Source of the DNA: Syntrophales bacterium
GTDB taxonomy: Bacteria; Desulfobacterota; Syntrophia; Syntrophales; UBA2210
Length of the DNA: 64,000 nucleotides
Direction of reading: 5' to 3'
NCBI GenBank assembly: GCA_963666365.2
Contig: CAXXNF010000002.1
Coordinates: 192,001 to 256,000, forward strand
Made by a program: the position numbers and the translations under genes. Under the pieces are notes generated by a model. The model had not been told where the DNA came from. It ran no database searches and worked only from the letters and a program-made list of their open reading frames with translations. Every line of letters starts with the position of its first letter. Position 1 is the first letter of the stretch. Shown in pieces: positions 1-13,043 of this stretch.

Positions 1-103
1 ATGAGGGGATATGATCCGTCAGCGTCGGCGCCAGATAAAAGAATGCGATGAGGAGAACCATGAGGGTGATGCCGATCCTCACTTTTATATTCCTGTCAAA
101 CAT
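1..103 (-). CDS. secD: Protein translocase subunit SecD, 5' end only (runs off window)
   Basis: Hand-translated MFDRNIKVRIGITLMVLLIAFFYLAPTLTDHIPS (N-terminal TM helix); GGAGGAAGG SD upstream; sits after queA-tgt-yajC in the conserved operon order. Confidence 0.75.
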   Translation of the reverse strand, partial: MFDRNIKVRIGITLMVLLIAFFYLAPTLTDHIPS

Positions 104-129
104 GAACGTTTCCTTCCTCCGTGAAGACG

Positions 130-2668
<2,539 letters not shown>

Positions 2669-2672
2669 ACCC

Positions 2673-2858
2673 TTAGGTCCTCCCGAAGTACACAAGAATG
2701 AGCCCCGTGACGAGCGACAGGAACCCCAGGATGCGAAGGGTGGTGTCCGGCATCTCGGCAACCTTCAGCAGGTACGATTTAATGCGCCGGGGGAACACAA
2801 AGTATGGAAGCCCCTCAATGATAAGCACCAAACCCAGGAGACAGAGGAAAAATTTCAT
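2673..2858 (-). CDS. DUF2065 (YjeT-like) small membrane protein
   Basis: LGLVLIIEGLPYFVFP...LRILG pattern, two TM helices; start overlaps mazG stop. Confidence 0.8.
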   Translation of the reverse strand: MKFFLCLLGLVLIIEGLPYFVFPRRIKSYLLKVAEMPDTTLRILGFLSLVTGLILVYFGRT

Positions 2859-3676
2859 GGGATCCTTGCATCTCCTTTGGCGCATGTGGTTTTCGAAAGA
2901 TCCCACAGGCGGTCCATTTCTTCCATGGTTGCATCCTGCGGAGTTTTTCCTTCCTTTTTTAATGAAGATTCAATGAAGGCAAAGCGCTGCAAAAACTTTG
3001 CAATGGACCTGGCAAGCGCCCGGTCGGGATCTATGCCGGCGAAGCGGGAAAGGTTGACCATCGAAAACAGCAGATCTCCCAGTTCCGCTTCTACCTCATT
3101 GCAGTCCTGTTTTGTCAGGGCCTTTCTGAACTCTCTCATTTCCTCATCCAGTTTTTCGAGTACTCCCTCTATGGAATTCCAGTCGAATCCCGCCTTCGAT
3201 GCCTTCTCCGTCACCTTGCGCGCTCTCGTAAGAGGGGGAAGAGAGCGAGGAATGTTCTGGAAGATCGATTCCTGCGGGTTCTGCCCCTGTCGTTCACATG
3301 CCTTGACTTCCTCCCAGGCCTTTTTGATTGCATCGACCGAGTCTGCTTTATTATTTCCAAAGACATGGGGGTGACGACGGATCATTTTCTCCGAGATGCC
3401 GGCCATTACCTGCGCGACATCGAACTTGCCCGATTCTTCCAACATACGCGCCACAAAGAGTACCTGAAACAACAGGTCCCCAAGCTCCTCCTTGAGATGA
3501 TCAGGTGAGTCCTCCGTTATGGCGTCGAGCACTTCGTAGGCCTCTTCAATTACATAGCGGCCCGCGTCTTGGGGCGTCTGGCTCCGGTCCCAGAGACACC
3601 CCTCAGGCGACCTGAGGTATGCAACAATGCCCATAAGCCTTTCAAACTCAACAGTTGCTCGATGTGCAGGCTTCAT
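2855..3676 (-). CDS. mazG: Nucleoside triphosphate pyrophosphohydrolase MazG
   Basis: LRSPEGCLWDRSQT, EEAYEV, EELGDLLFQV, KMIRRHPHVF, second domain ELGDLLF. Confidence 0.95.
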   Translation of the reverse strand: MKPAHRATVEFERLMGIVAYLRSPEGCLWDRSQTPQDAGRYVIEEAYEVLDAITEDSPDHLKEELGDLLFQVLFVARMLEESGKFDVAQVMAGISEKMIRRHPHVFGNNKADSVDAIKKAWEEVKACERQGQNPQESIFQNIPRSLPPLTRARKVTEKASKAGFDWNSIEGVLEKLDEEMREFRKALTKQDCNEVEAELGDLLFSMVNLSRFAGIDPDRALARSIAKFLQRFAFIESSLKKEGKTPQDATMEEMDRLWDLSKTTCAKGDARIP

Positions 3677-3963
3677 TTCGCCTCTCCCTCCCCGAAGTAT
3701 GCGACGTATCTAGCACGAATAGGAGCAGGTGTCAAAACCACATTTTTCAGCTGATTCTGAAGACAGCGCAGAGGGTCATTCATTCCTTTGTGGGGTGTAT
3801 GCGCTCATGACCACCTCAGGATACCTATACGAAAAGTATGCTAAAAAGGGAACGATAAACCCTTGACCTTTGATCGATAAGATGTTAGGCGATGCAGAGC
3901 CGGTAGGGCATCGGTTCTCCTGCGTGAGAGGCAAAGTAACAAAAGGTTGAGGAGGTTTACCCT

Positions 3964-4179
3964 ATGGGTGTAGAAGTCGTAGCCCCCATGCCGGGAAAGA
4001 TTCATGAGATTATGGTCAGCGTCGGTGACAAAGTAGAAGCGGATGAGGAAATTTTGGTTATCGAGGCGATGAAGATGGAAAATTCAGTGTATACTCCCGT
4101 AGATGGAACGGTAGCGGAAATCAGGGTGGAAGAAGACGACAAAGTGGAAGCGGATCAAGTGCTGGTTGTTCTTGATTGA
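3964..4179 (+). CDS. Stand-alone biotin carboxyl carrier (biotinyl-domain) protein
   Basis: APMPGKI...EAMKMEN biotinylation motif, 71 aa, GAGGAGG SD. Confidence 0.9.
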   Translation: MGVEVVAPMPGKIHEIMVSVGDKVEADEEILVIEAMKMENSVYTPVDGTVAEIRVEEDDKVEADQVLVVLD

Positions 4180-4199
4180 AGAAGCTGTGGAGTAAAAAC

Positions 4200-4244
4200 G
4201 GGCCGAACGAATGTGAGACAGGACCTGTTCGGCCCATTTTTTTT
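4200..4244 (+). terminator. Probable intrinsic terminator between convergent genes
   Basis: gggccgaac...gttcggccc inverted repeat (long loop) followed by a T-run. Confidence 0.55.
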
Positions 4245-4268
4245 GAAAAAACCAAGACCATCCCCTGA

Positions 4269-4661
4269 TCATTCGATCGGCCATTCCCCCCGCTCTTTAA
4301 GAACCGCGCGATATACATCAAGCGCCTCATTGACCGCCGGCATTCCTCCATAAGGTGCAAGCTGAAAGAATATTTCCGTCAATTTTTTTGGGTTGCACCC
4401 CACGTTCAACGCCGCATTTACATGAAGACGCAGCTCATCAGGCGCCCTGAGCGCGGCCAGCATGGCACAGGCAGCCATCTGCCGCTCCTGTATGGTGAGC
4501 ACGTCTCGGGAATAAAGATTTCCCGTAATAAACAGTGAAAAATCGTTCGCCAGATCTTTATCAAAGGCCTTCCATGTAAGATAAGGGGGATCCATGGTAA
4601 TCCCCTTTCCGAAAAGCTCGGCCGCTCGTTTTTGCGTTTTCTTCTTTATGTCGTCGCTCAT
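4269..4661 (-). CDS. Carboxymuconolactone decarboxylase (CMD/AhpD-fold) family protein
   Basis: LYSRDVLTIQERQM...ELRLHVNAALNVG...QLAPYGGMP; no CxxC; ATG 4661 with CAGGAG SD. Confidence 0.85.
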   Translation of the reverse strand: MSDDIKKKTQKRAAELFGKGITMDPPYLTWKAFDKDLANDFSLFITGNLYSRDVLTIQERQMAACAMLAALRAPDELRLHVNAALNVGCNPKKLTEIFFQLAPYGGMPAVNEALDVYRAVLKERGEWPIE

Positions 4662-4672
4662 CAAAAACTCCT

Positions 4673-4747
4673 GTTCTACGTTCAACGTTCTATGTTCAAC
4701 GTTCTACGTTAATGAATTTCTGGTTTTGAACATAGAACGTAGAACGT
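4673..4747. repeat. 7-bp tandem repeats (GTTCTAC/GTTCAAC) arranged as an inverted repeat
   Basis: Five heptamers at 4673-4707 and about three inverted copies at 4726-4747; 22-bp arms 4678-4699 and 4726-4747 with one mismatch. Confidence 0.85.
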
Positions 4748-6054
4748 TATTTCACAAGGTAGATGTCCCGGTCCCGGTCCTGGAAGTATACGTATCCGTA
4801 AGAGCTTTTGCGCGTTGAATCGAAGATTTCTTCTCCGCGCTTTCTGCAGGCGGAGCAGCTGCCGCCGGGGACGATAACGGCAAATATTCTGTTTCGGGTG
4901 GTGGCCATTGAGTCTATTGTCACGAGACCGCCGCAGTCATGACAAATTCGAACCGATTCCGTTTGTTCCTCGTGAATATTGTCTGTATCGTAATAGATGC
5001 TCTTGGTACGCTGATCAAACTCCTTGTCATGGTCTGCCGCGTTTCTCGTCAGGTCCCTCAATTTCCACTTATTAAGAATGGCGCCGGTCAATTTTTCAAT
5101 ATACTGTGTGATTTCCTGAGACTGCTTTATTGCGGCGGCATTGTAGTCCGGTTCCAGGACATGGGAGTAATCAAGCCCGGCCATCGCCAGTATAATTCCC
5201 ACATTTATATAGGGCAGTGCCGTTTCTATGGAGTACCCTCCCTCAAGTACCGCAATGTCCGGCGCCAGCCGTTCGTTCAGAATGGCATAGCCTTGAGCGG
5301 TGAAATTCATGTTGGTGATCGGGTCGGTATAATGATTATCCTGACCGGCTGAGTTAATAATAAGGTCCGGCTTATAATCTTCCAGTATGGGGAGAATTAA
5401 ATTGTCGAGGGTGTAGAGAAAGCCCTCTTCCGATGTATTGGGGGGGAGGGGTATGTTAATGGTGTACCCGTAGGCATTGGGCCCCCCAAAGTCATTCGGG
5501 AATCCCGTTCCGGGATATAGTGTTCTGCCATCCTGATGAACGGAAATATAAAGCGTATTAGGGTCATGCCAGAAGATATCTTCCGTTCCGTCTCCATGGT
5601 GACAATCGGTGTCGACAATGGCAATCCGCCTGGGGCCGTATTTTTTTCGAATATATTCAACCATGATGGCTTCAATATTTATGTTGCAGAATCCTCTGGC
5701 CCCGTGGACCACCCGCATGGCATGATGGCCGGGCGGGCGGACAAGAGCAAAGGCATTGTCCACCGCTCCCTCCATCACTTTCTCTGCTGCAGTAATTGCA
5801 CCGCCGGCGGAAATCAGGTGGGATTCCGTAATTACCTTTTCAGCAGAGGGCACACACACATGAATACGATTAATGTCGTCGATTGATGCCAGGCCGGCCT
5901 TGTACTCAACTATGTTTTCAAAATCGAGGAGGCCCTCTTCGAATACCTGATCCTGCGTGTAGAGAAGACGCTCCTCCCGTTCGGGATGGGTAGGTGATAT
6001 GGCCCAGTCGAAGGCGGGGAAAAAGATAAGGCCTGTTTTTTTTACTTTTTTCAT
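4747..6054 (-). CDS. Zn-dependent histone deacetylase family amidohydrolase with C-terminal Cys-containing extension
   Basis: HPEREERL, RPPGHHA, GFC, VDTDCHHGDGT, SAGQD, LEGGY; start ATG 6054 overlaps upstream stop. Confidence 0.92.
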   Translation of the reverse strand: MKKVKKTGLIFFPAFDWAISPTHPEREERLLYTQDQVFEEGLLDFENIVEYKAGLASIDDINRIHVCVPSAEKVITESHLISAGGAITAAEKVMEGAVDNAFALVRPPGHHAMRVVHGARGFCNINIEAIMVEYIRKKYGPRRIAIVDTDCHHGDGTEDIFWHDPNTLYISVHQDGRTLYPGTGFPNDFGGPNAYGYTINIPLPPNTSEEGFLYTLDNLILPILEDYKPDLIINSAGQDNHYTDPITNMNFTAQGYAILNERLAPDIAVLEGGYSIETALPYINVGIILAMAGLDYSHVLEPDYNAAAIKQSQEITQYIEKLTGAILNKWKLRDLTRNAADHDKEFDQRTKSIYYDTDNIHEEQTESVRICHDCGGLVTIDSMATTRNRIFAVIVPGGSCSACRKRGEEIFDSTRKSSYGYVYFQDRDRDIYLVK

Positions 6055-7724
6055 CGCGCACCCCCCTTGCCGTGACGGGAAATAAGCCCCGGTTTTACCT
6101 GTCCCTTGATTCGTATGTTTTGTCCTACAGTGGAATATCCCCGAATCATATTGAAGAGTTGATCCTCGGTGACTTCCGTCTCGAGGTCTTCTTCCACAGC
6201 CCCCATGGCCAATGCGCGTTCCCGCAAACGTTCCATGCACATGTGAATGGCATCGGCTCTGGTAAATCCGGCGGTGATGGGGATCTGAAGTCCCTCTTCC
6301 ACGACAGTCGCCTGTCGCTTTTCCGTATCGGCAAGGATGGTAAGTTCCGTAGTCGTTCTCGCCAGGGCTGCGCCGATTGCATTTGCCACTTCGGCATGTT
6401 CAGGGATAGTAACGGGCAGTCCGAGAAGTTCGCCGATTCTGGGCGCCATAGGTTCCGCCGGTCCGCCGACGGCACAGAGAATGGTCGGGGTTACACGTTT
6501 TCCTTCAAGCAATTCGTGAATGGTATAGACCGGCTCATTGTTTACGTCTTCGATCATGTTTCTGACTGCTGTGGCGATTCGACTGCAGGTTTCCTCAAAA
6601 ATGCACCGTGCTGCTTCTTCAGTTGACTGATGTGCGTTTACCGCCAGCGCGCCTATGGCTTCCCATGCTTTTTCTCTGGCACCGATTGTGGTAAGGCCCA
6701 AGACTATCATTGCATCGGTCGGTGTGGGGGATGGGCCGCCGAAGGCGGCTGCCGACCCCTTTCGCTGAGGGCCGATATGGTAGCGCTCACCATCATAGTG
6801 GACAACGCTGTCGCCCCCGACACCGATCGAGCGTGTCCGCAGTCCCCTGATAAGCGTTTTATGTCCCGCTATAGTAACTCCCAGAGGTTCAAGGAGAGGC
6901 GCTCCGTCGGCAAAGATGGCGATATCCGTGGTTGTGCCGCCGATATCCAACGCCACGGCGTCATCGGTTGTATGTGCGACGCTCAATATTCCCATAATAC
7001 TTGCTGCCGGTCCCGAAAGGATGGTTTGTGCCGGATATTGTGCGGATTGGTGAATATCGAATGTGCCTCCGTCGGCCTTCAGAATATAAATTGGAAATCG
7101 TGCATGGAATTGATCCACAAAAGCGGTGATGACCTCTACGAACTTGCCGTAAAGATCCCAAATGGATGCATTCAGGTAGGCGGTGGCGATGCGGCGGGGA
7201 AAGTTGAGATGTCCCGACATCCGGTGACCCAAGGAACAATGGTTGAATGAAAGATTAACGGCATCTTCGATATCGAGTTCTATACGGGGATTGCGTGTGG
7301 AAAATTTCCCCACTATGCCGAGGTGATCGATACCACTTTCTTTTAAGGCCACACTGATATCCTTCACTTCATTTTTGTCGATGGGGGTAACCGGGATTCC
7401 CCGGTGATTTACATAGCCTGAAACAAAATGACAGTGTTCATGTATCGCAAGTGCCGAGGGTGACAACCCCGGACCGCTGGCCAGGATCATGCCCACAGGA
7501 CTCGTTGTATTCTGAACAATAGCGTTTGTGGAAATAGTGGTGCTCAGCACTACTCGTTCAAGTTCTTTCGGCTTGGTGTTGCGAAGAGTGTGTTCGGTGA
7601 CCGCGAGAAGAGAAAGGGAAAGATCGTCCTCATTCGTAAGAACCTTTGCCTTTTCGACTATCCGATCGCCCTCGATAAGGACGGCATCGGTATGCGTCCC
7701 CCCCACATCGATTCCCAGAATCAT
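6051..7724 (-). CDS. Hydantoinase/oxoprolinase family protein (A/ATP-binding subunit type)
   Basis: GIDVGGTHTDAV, TILSGPAAS, LDIGGTTTDI, SIGVGGDS, PTPTDA, ANAIGAA. Confidence 0.9.
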   Translation of the reverse strand: MILGIDVGGTHTDAVLIEGDRIVEKAKVLTNEDDLSLSLLAVTEHTLRNTKPKELERVVLSTTISTNAIVQNTTSPVGMILASGPGLSPSALAIHEHCHFVSGYVNHRGIPVTPIDKNEVKDISVALKESGIDHLGIVGKFSTRNPRIELDIEDAVNLSFNHCSLGHRMSGHLNFPRRIATAYLNASIWDLYGKFVEVITAFVDQFHARFPIYILKADGGTFDIHQSAQYPAQTILSGPAASIMGILSVAHTTDDAVALDIGGTTTDIAIFADGAPLLEPLGVTIAGHKTLIRGLRTRSIGVGGDSVVHYDGERYHIGPQRKGSAAAFGGPSPTPTDAMIVLGLTTIGAREKAWEAIGALAVNAHQSTEEAARCIFEETCSRIATAVRNMIEDVNNEPVYTIHELLEGKRVTPTILCAVGGPAEPMAPRIGELLGLPVTIPEHAEVANAIGAALARTTTELTILADTEKRQATVVEEGLQIPITAGFTRADAIHMCMERLRERALAMGAVEEDLETEVTEDQLFNMIRGYSTVGQNIRIKGQVKPGLISRHGKGGAR

Positions 7725-7897
7725 GATGGTTCCTCTCGTATGATTTTCCCACGCTCGTTATCACAGGAGCAAAAATGAGTCAATTTATCATTTATAAAAG
7801 TAAATTACTGATTGACCGGATTCCTTCTTTTGTGATAGTTTTCACTTCCATATCTGAAGCGCTCACGGGTTATCCCAAAAAATATACTCCGAAGTGA

Positions 7898-9280
<1,383 letters not shown>

Positions 9281-9310
9281 TAGCATGAGATCTGCGGAGT
9301 AAAACTATGA

Positions 9311-9339
9311 AGAGGGCGGGTGGAATGCCCGCTCTCTTT
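9311..9339 (+). terminator. Probable intrinsic terminator of gdhA
   Basis: agagggcggg-tggaatg-cccgctctct hairpin followed by a short T-run. Confidence 0.55.
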
Positions 9340-9388
9340 GGGCCTGAGAAGTTCTGCATGGGAACGCCCATGCAGGGGAGAATAAAAA

Positions 9389-9838
9389 GTGGTTCGACAA
9401 ACCTTCGGAAGTAGAGGAGGGCGCGTCCGCTCAACCCTCACAAGGGGCAGCGCAGCGAAGAGTGAGCGCCCTGTCGAGGAAGTGGTCCGTGAGATGAAGG
9501 CAGGGATGCAGCGGTCCGGGGAAGGGTATCGTGACCGATCGATTGCACTCCACGGTCTTGTCTGTGCCCGGTGCGGACGCGAATTCGATCATACCACCAG
9601 GCATCTGCTGACAGTGCATCACAAGGACGGCAATCATCACAACAATCCCCCCGACGGAAGCAACTGGGAAAATCTTTGTGTCTATTGTCATGACGACATT
9701 CACAGCCGTGAAGTGCTGGGCGAGTATCTTGACGGCGCACCTTCGGAAAAGAGCCGTGAAGTCGTCTATACAGACAGCACATCCCCTTCCGGTTTCAATT
9801 CTCTTGCAGACAAACTTCAAAAAGCATTGAAGAAATAG
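9389..9838 (+). CDS. yajD: YajD-family HNH nuclease
   Basis: YR...CARCGREF...LTVHHKDGNHHNNPPDGSNWENLCVYCHD closely follows the YajD pattern. Confidence 0.85.
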   Translation: MVRQTFGSRGGRVRSTLTRGSAAKSERPVEEVVREMKAGMQRSGEGYRDRSIALHGLVCARCGREFDHTTRHLLTVHHKDGNHHNNPPDGSNWENLCVYCHDDIHSREVLGEYLDGAPSEKSREVVYTDSTSPSGFNSLADKLQKALKK

Positions 9839-9928
9839 TATCCTGTCCCTCCTTCCGACTCCGTCTTGTGAAGCGTCGAATATTTGTGATATAGACATTT
9901 CATGTTTCGAAGCAGCGGAGAGTGTGCA

Positions 9929-11404
9929 ATGGAGCTTAATGAGAAGATAGGTGTCCTCTTCAATCCGAAATCGGTCGCGATCATCGGGGCGTCGAGGACA
10001 ATCGGGAAATGGGGTTTCACCTTCACCCTGCACCTCATAAAGGGGGGCTACAGGGGCGCCGTGTATCCGATAAATCCCGGCGGCGGGACACTGATGGGGC
10101 TGCCGATATATCGGAGTCTGGGAGATGTTCCGGGACCGGTGGATGTCGCCTTCATTCTGCTTCCACCTGGAAAAGTCGCGGCCGCCGTTTCGGAATGCGG
10201 CGCCCTCGGAGTTTCGGCCGCGGTAGTTATTACTGCAGGATTCAGCGAGGTGGGCGAAGAAGGGCGGCGTCTGGAAGCGAAGATCGTCGAGGCTGCCCGG
10301 AAATGGGGAATCGCATTAATCGGACCCAATTGCGCCGGCATCGTAAGCACCGAGCCCATGAGTTTTTATTGCATGATGCAGCCGGTCTTCCCTCCCCCGG
10401 GACATGTGGCCATCGTATCGCAAAGCGGAAACATTGCAGGCTCGATACAGTTTATGTTCTGGAAGCAGGATGTGGGCATCAGCCGCGCGGTGAGCGTGGG
10501 AAATCAGGCGGTGCTCAGGGTCGAGGACATCCTGGAATATCTGATTGACGATAACGAAACGAGGGTTGTGGTCGCCTATCTGGAAGGCGTGCACGACGGT
10601 CGTCGATTTATTGATGTGGCCCGGCGGCTTACTCGTAAAAAACCCTTTATTGTCATCAAAGGGGGGCAATCTGAAAAAGGCGTCCAGGCGGCGCGCTCAC
10701 ATACGGGAGCCATCGCCGGTTCCGACGAGATCTTTAACGCGCTGTGCCGGCAGTGCGGGATCATTCGCGTGCACGATATAGAGGATCTATGCGATACGGC
10801 CGTCGCATTTCTTTCGCAGCCCGTTCCTCGAGGCAATCGAGTGGGTATTGTGGCGAATGGCGGCGGATGGGGTGTGCTGACGGCGGACGCCTGCGTAGGA
10901 GCCGGTCTTGATGTGGCGACGCTTCCAGAGGAAACGCTGAGACGGCTCGACGAGCGCCTGCCGAAATGGTGGAACCGACAGAACCCCGTCGATCTGGTAG
11001 CGGGCATGAGCCGCGGCGCATTCTTTAAAGCTGTTGAAATCGTTGCGCAGTCTGATGCAATAGACGGGATTATCTGCCTTGGATTCGGATACGGTCATGG
11101 GAATGTTGCCGCGCTGAATGAGGTACCCCATGATGAGGATCTTGACTATGAGGGCTATATTGACGCGACGCTGCACTCAGAAATCAGAGGGATGAATTTT
11201 CTGCTCAATGTGATCGACAGGTATAAAAAGCCGGTGCTCCTCGCGTCAGAGTTTATTGTAGGTGCTGATAATGACGGCAATCAGCCCATGATAGAACTTC
11301 GAAGAAGAAACGTTTTTGTCTATGCATCAGCCCGTAGGCCTGCCCGGGTCATGGAACGGATGGTGTTCTACGGGCGGTATCTGAATACTATTGCCGAAAA
11401 ATAA
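9929..11404 (+). CDS. NDP-forming acyl-CoA synthetase alpha-type subunit (CoA-binding + ligase domains, no ATP-grasp)
   Basis: FNPKSVAIIGAS, ITAGFSE, IGPNCAG, SQSG, phospho-His motif AARSHTGAIAG, NPVDL. Confidence 0.88.
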   Translation: MELNEKIGVLFNPKSVAIIGASRTIGKWGFTFTLHLIKGGYRGAVYPINPGGGTLMGLPIYRSLGDVPGPVDVAFILLPPGKVAAAVSECGALGVSAAVVITAGFSEVGEEGRRLEAKIVEAARKWGIALIGPNCAGIVSTEPMSFYCMMQPVFPPPGHVAIVSQSGNIAGSIQFMFWKQDVGISRAVSVGNQAVLRVEDILEYLIDDNETRVVVAYLEGVHDGRRFIDVARRLTRKKPFIVIKGGQSEKGVQAARSHTGAIAGSDEIFNALCRQCGIIRVHDIEDLCDTAVAFLSQPVPRGNRVGIVANGGGWGVLTADACVGAGLDVATLPEETLRRLDERLPKWWNRQNPVDLVAGMSRGAFFKAVEIVAQSDAIDGIICLGFGYGHGNVAALNEVPHDEDLDYEGYIDATLHSEIRGMNFLLNVIDRYKKPVLLASEFIVGADNDGNQPMIELRRRNVFVYASARRPARVMERMVFYGRYLNTIAEK

Positions 11405-11432
11405 GGGCCATGGTTTCTGGCCATGGCCCTTA
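11402..11432. terminator. Perfect 12-bp hairpin between convergent genes
   Basis: taagggccatgg-tttctgg-ccatggccctta; no long U-tail on either strand. Confidence 0.55.
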
Positions 11433-11457
11433 CACGTTCTTATGTCGTGGGGCTAAG

Positions 11458-12801
11458 CTATTTCTTGCACCGTTCGAGGTCGGGTGCAACCGATGGGGTG
11501 ACAAATTCCGCCGGAGCCCTGAATACGAAGCCCTGCGAGGCCTGATCGTCATAATAGGCATTGGGGTAAATGAACTCGGTGATGTACATATCCTGAATCG
11601 TTTCGTGGTCGCAGGCCCTCATTTTCTTGACGCCCCAGATGGTTTCGAATTCGTCTCCTTCCCATTGGGCGATGATTTTTTCGGGGTCGGTGCTGCCCGC
11701 CCGTTCCATGACGCTGAAGAGCCAGTAAAGCCCGAAAGCCGCATCCCCGAAGACACCGCCGGGCCATTTGTAGAGGGGAGTGTTATAAGGCTTGTCCCAC
11801 TTCTGCCATTGGTCATTCCACATTTTTGTATATTTCTTTGCCGCGTCGTCTTTATCGGGGACCATCCAGCAATAGGCGTTGACCATACCGTTGGTGCCTC
11901 TCGGTCCTACCTTCGAGAGTGAATTCGGCTCGTTCATGTAGATGTTGGCGATGGGCAGGTAAATTCCCAGACTTCGGGCCTGGGTGATCAGGTTGCCGCC
12001 GTCGGGCATCCAGTCGGCCGAGTAGATGACCTCGGCCCCGGAGGCCTGAATTTTGGTCAGGTAGGGGGCAAAATCTTTCAGGAAGAGCGGGTGGTAGTCT
12101 TCACCGACGATTTCGGCGTCGGGCCGGTATTTTTTCAGGGCGGTCTTGAATCCCTCGGCCATGGAGTGGCCGTAGGTATAATCCTGGCAGAGGATATAGA
12201 ATTTTTTCTCCCAGCGGTGTTTATAAAAATAGCCCAGCGCGGCGCCATGGACCTCGGCTTTCTGAAGGGTCCGGAAGCTGTAGCGGTTGAAGTTCTTCCC
12301 GTCCATGAGAACATCCGAGAGGGCATGGGTGTTGACATAGATCTTTTTATATTTTTTTGCCACTGTCTGAATGACCACCGAGATGTGGCTCCCCGTTGTC
12401 CCGTGAAGCGCATCCACCTTTTCTTCGAGACAGAGCCGTTCCGCTTCTTTTTTTGTTTTTGCCGGCTGTGTCAGGGTATCGCCTTTGATGAGCTCGATTT
12501 TTTTCATCTTTCCGTCAACCATGATGCCGCCCCGCTTATTGAGGTCATGGGCGACCCAGGCCGCAACGAGAAAATAGATCTCTCCGTTTCCCGCTCCCGG
12601 ACCGGAAAAGGGATCCATAAGACCGATCTTGATCGTGTCTCCTTCGGGGTTGACCCACTTGTTGGCGTCAAAATCGGACATGTCGGACATTTTAGATACG
12701 TCAAATTTCGCATTGGCCGCTGCAGCCGCCGATACGCCGGCGCCCAGCAGAATAAGGACGCACAGTACAGCAGGTAGGACAATCTTTACATGGTGTTTCA
12801 T
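11458..12801 (-). CDS. Orphan ABC transporter substrate-binding protein, LivJ/branched-chain family
   Basis: Signal peptide; IKIGLMDPFSGPGA, QDYTYGHS, DFAPYLTKIQASGAEVI, MRACDH. Confidence 0.85.
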   Translation of the reverse strand: MKHHVKIVLPAVLCVLILLGAGVSAAAAANAKFDVSKMSDMSDFDANKWVNPEGDTIKIGLMDPFSGPGAGNGEIYFLVAAWVAHDLNKRGGIMVDGKMKKIELIKGDTLTQPAKTKKEAERLCLEEKVDALHGTTGSHISVVIQTVAKKYKKIYVNTHALSDVLMDGKNFNRYSFRTLQKAEVHGAALGYFYKHRWEKKFYILCQDYTYGHSMAEGFKTALKKYRPDAEIVGEDYHPLFLKDFAPYLTKIQASGAEVIYSADWMPDGGNLITQARSLGIYLPIANIYMNEPNSLSKVGPRGTNGMVNAYCWMVPDKDDAAKKYTKMWNDQWQKWDKPYNTPLYKWPGGVFGDAAFGLYWLFSVMERAGSTDPEKIIAQWEGDEFETIWGVKKMRACDHETIQDMYITEFIYPNAYYDDQASQGFVFRAPAEFVTPSVAPDLERCKK

Positions 12802-13043
12802 TAGTATTACCTCCTTTATGTGGCATGTATCTGCATAGATTTCCTCATGAAATCAATTGCATTCGAACATGCGATGAGATGATGCTCCTGTAAATTTCCT
12901 CCTTCCCGAGAGGATATAACAATACACCATTTCACCTGCTTAAATCGGTATGACTAGTGAAAAGATAACGAATATAGTAACAAATATTTTGATTGAGTCA
13001 ACAAATAATAAATTGTATTCTGTACATCGCCGTACGGGCATAG

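Noticed and set aside
2855..3676. MazG (with the macrodomain and NAD genes) as a defence or toxin-antitoxin system
   Set aside because: Two-domain housekeeping MazG inside the queA operon; no mazEF; the other genes are dispersed
9389..9838. HNH nuclease as a homing or anti-phage element
   Set aside because: Matches the chromosomal YajD family; no intron, methylase or defence neighbours
12821..12835. Sigma54-like TGGCATG...TGCA motif (also CGGCACG...TGC near 41017)
   Set aside because: GG-to-GC spacing is not the required 10 nt, and the first is on the wrong strand for the adjacent gene
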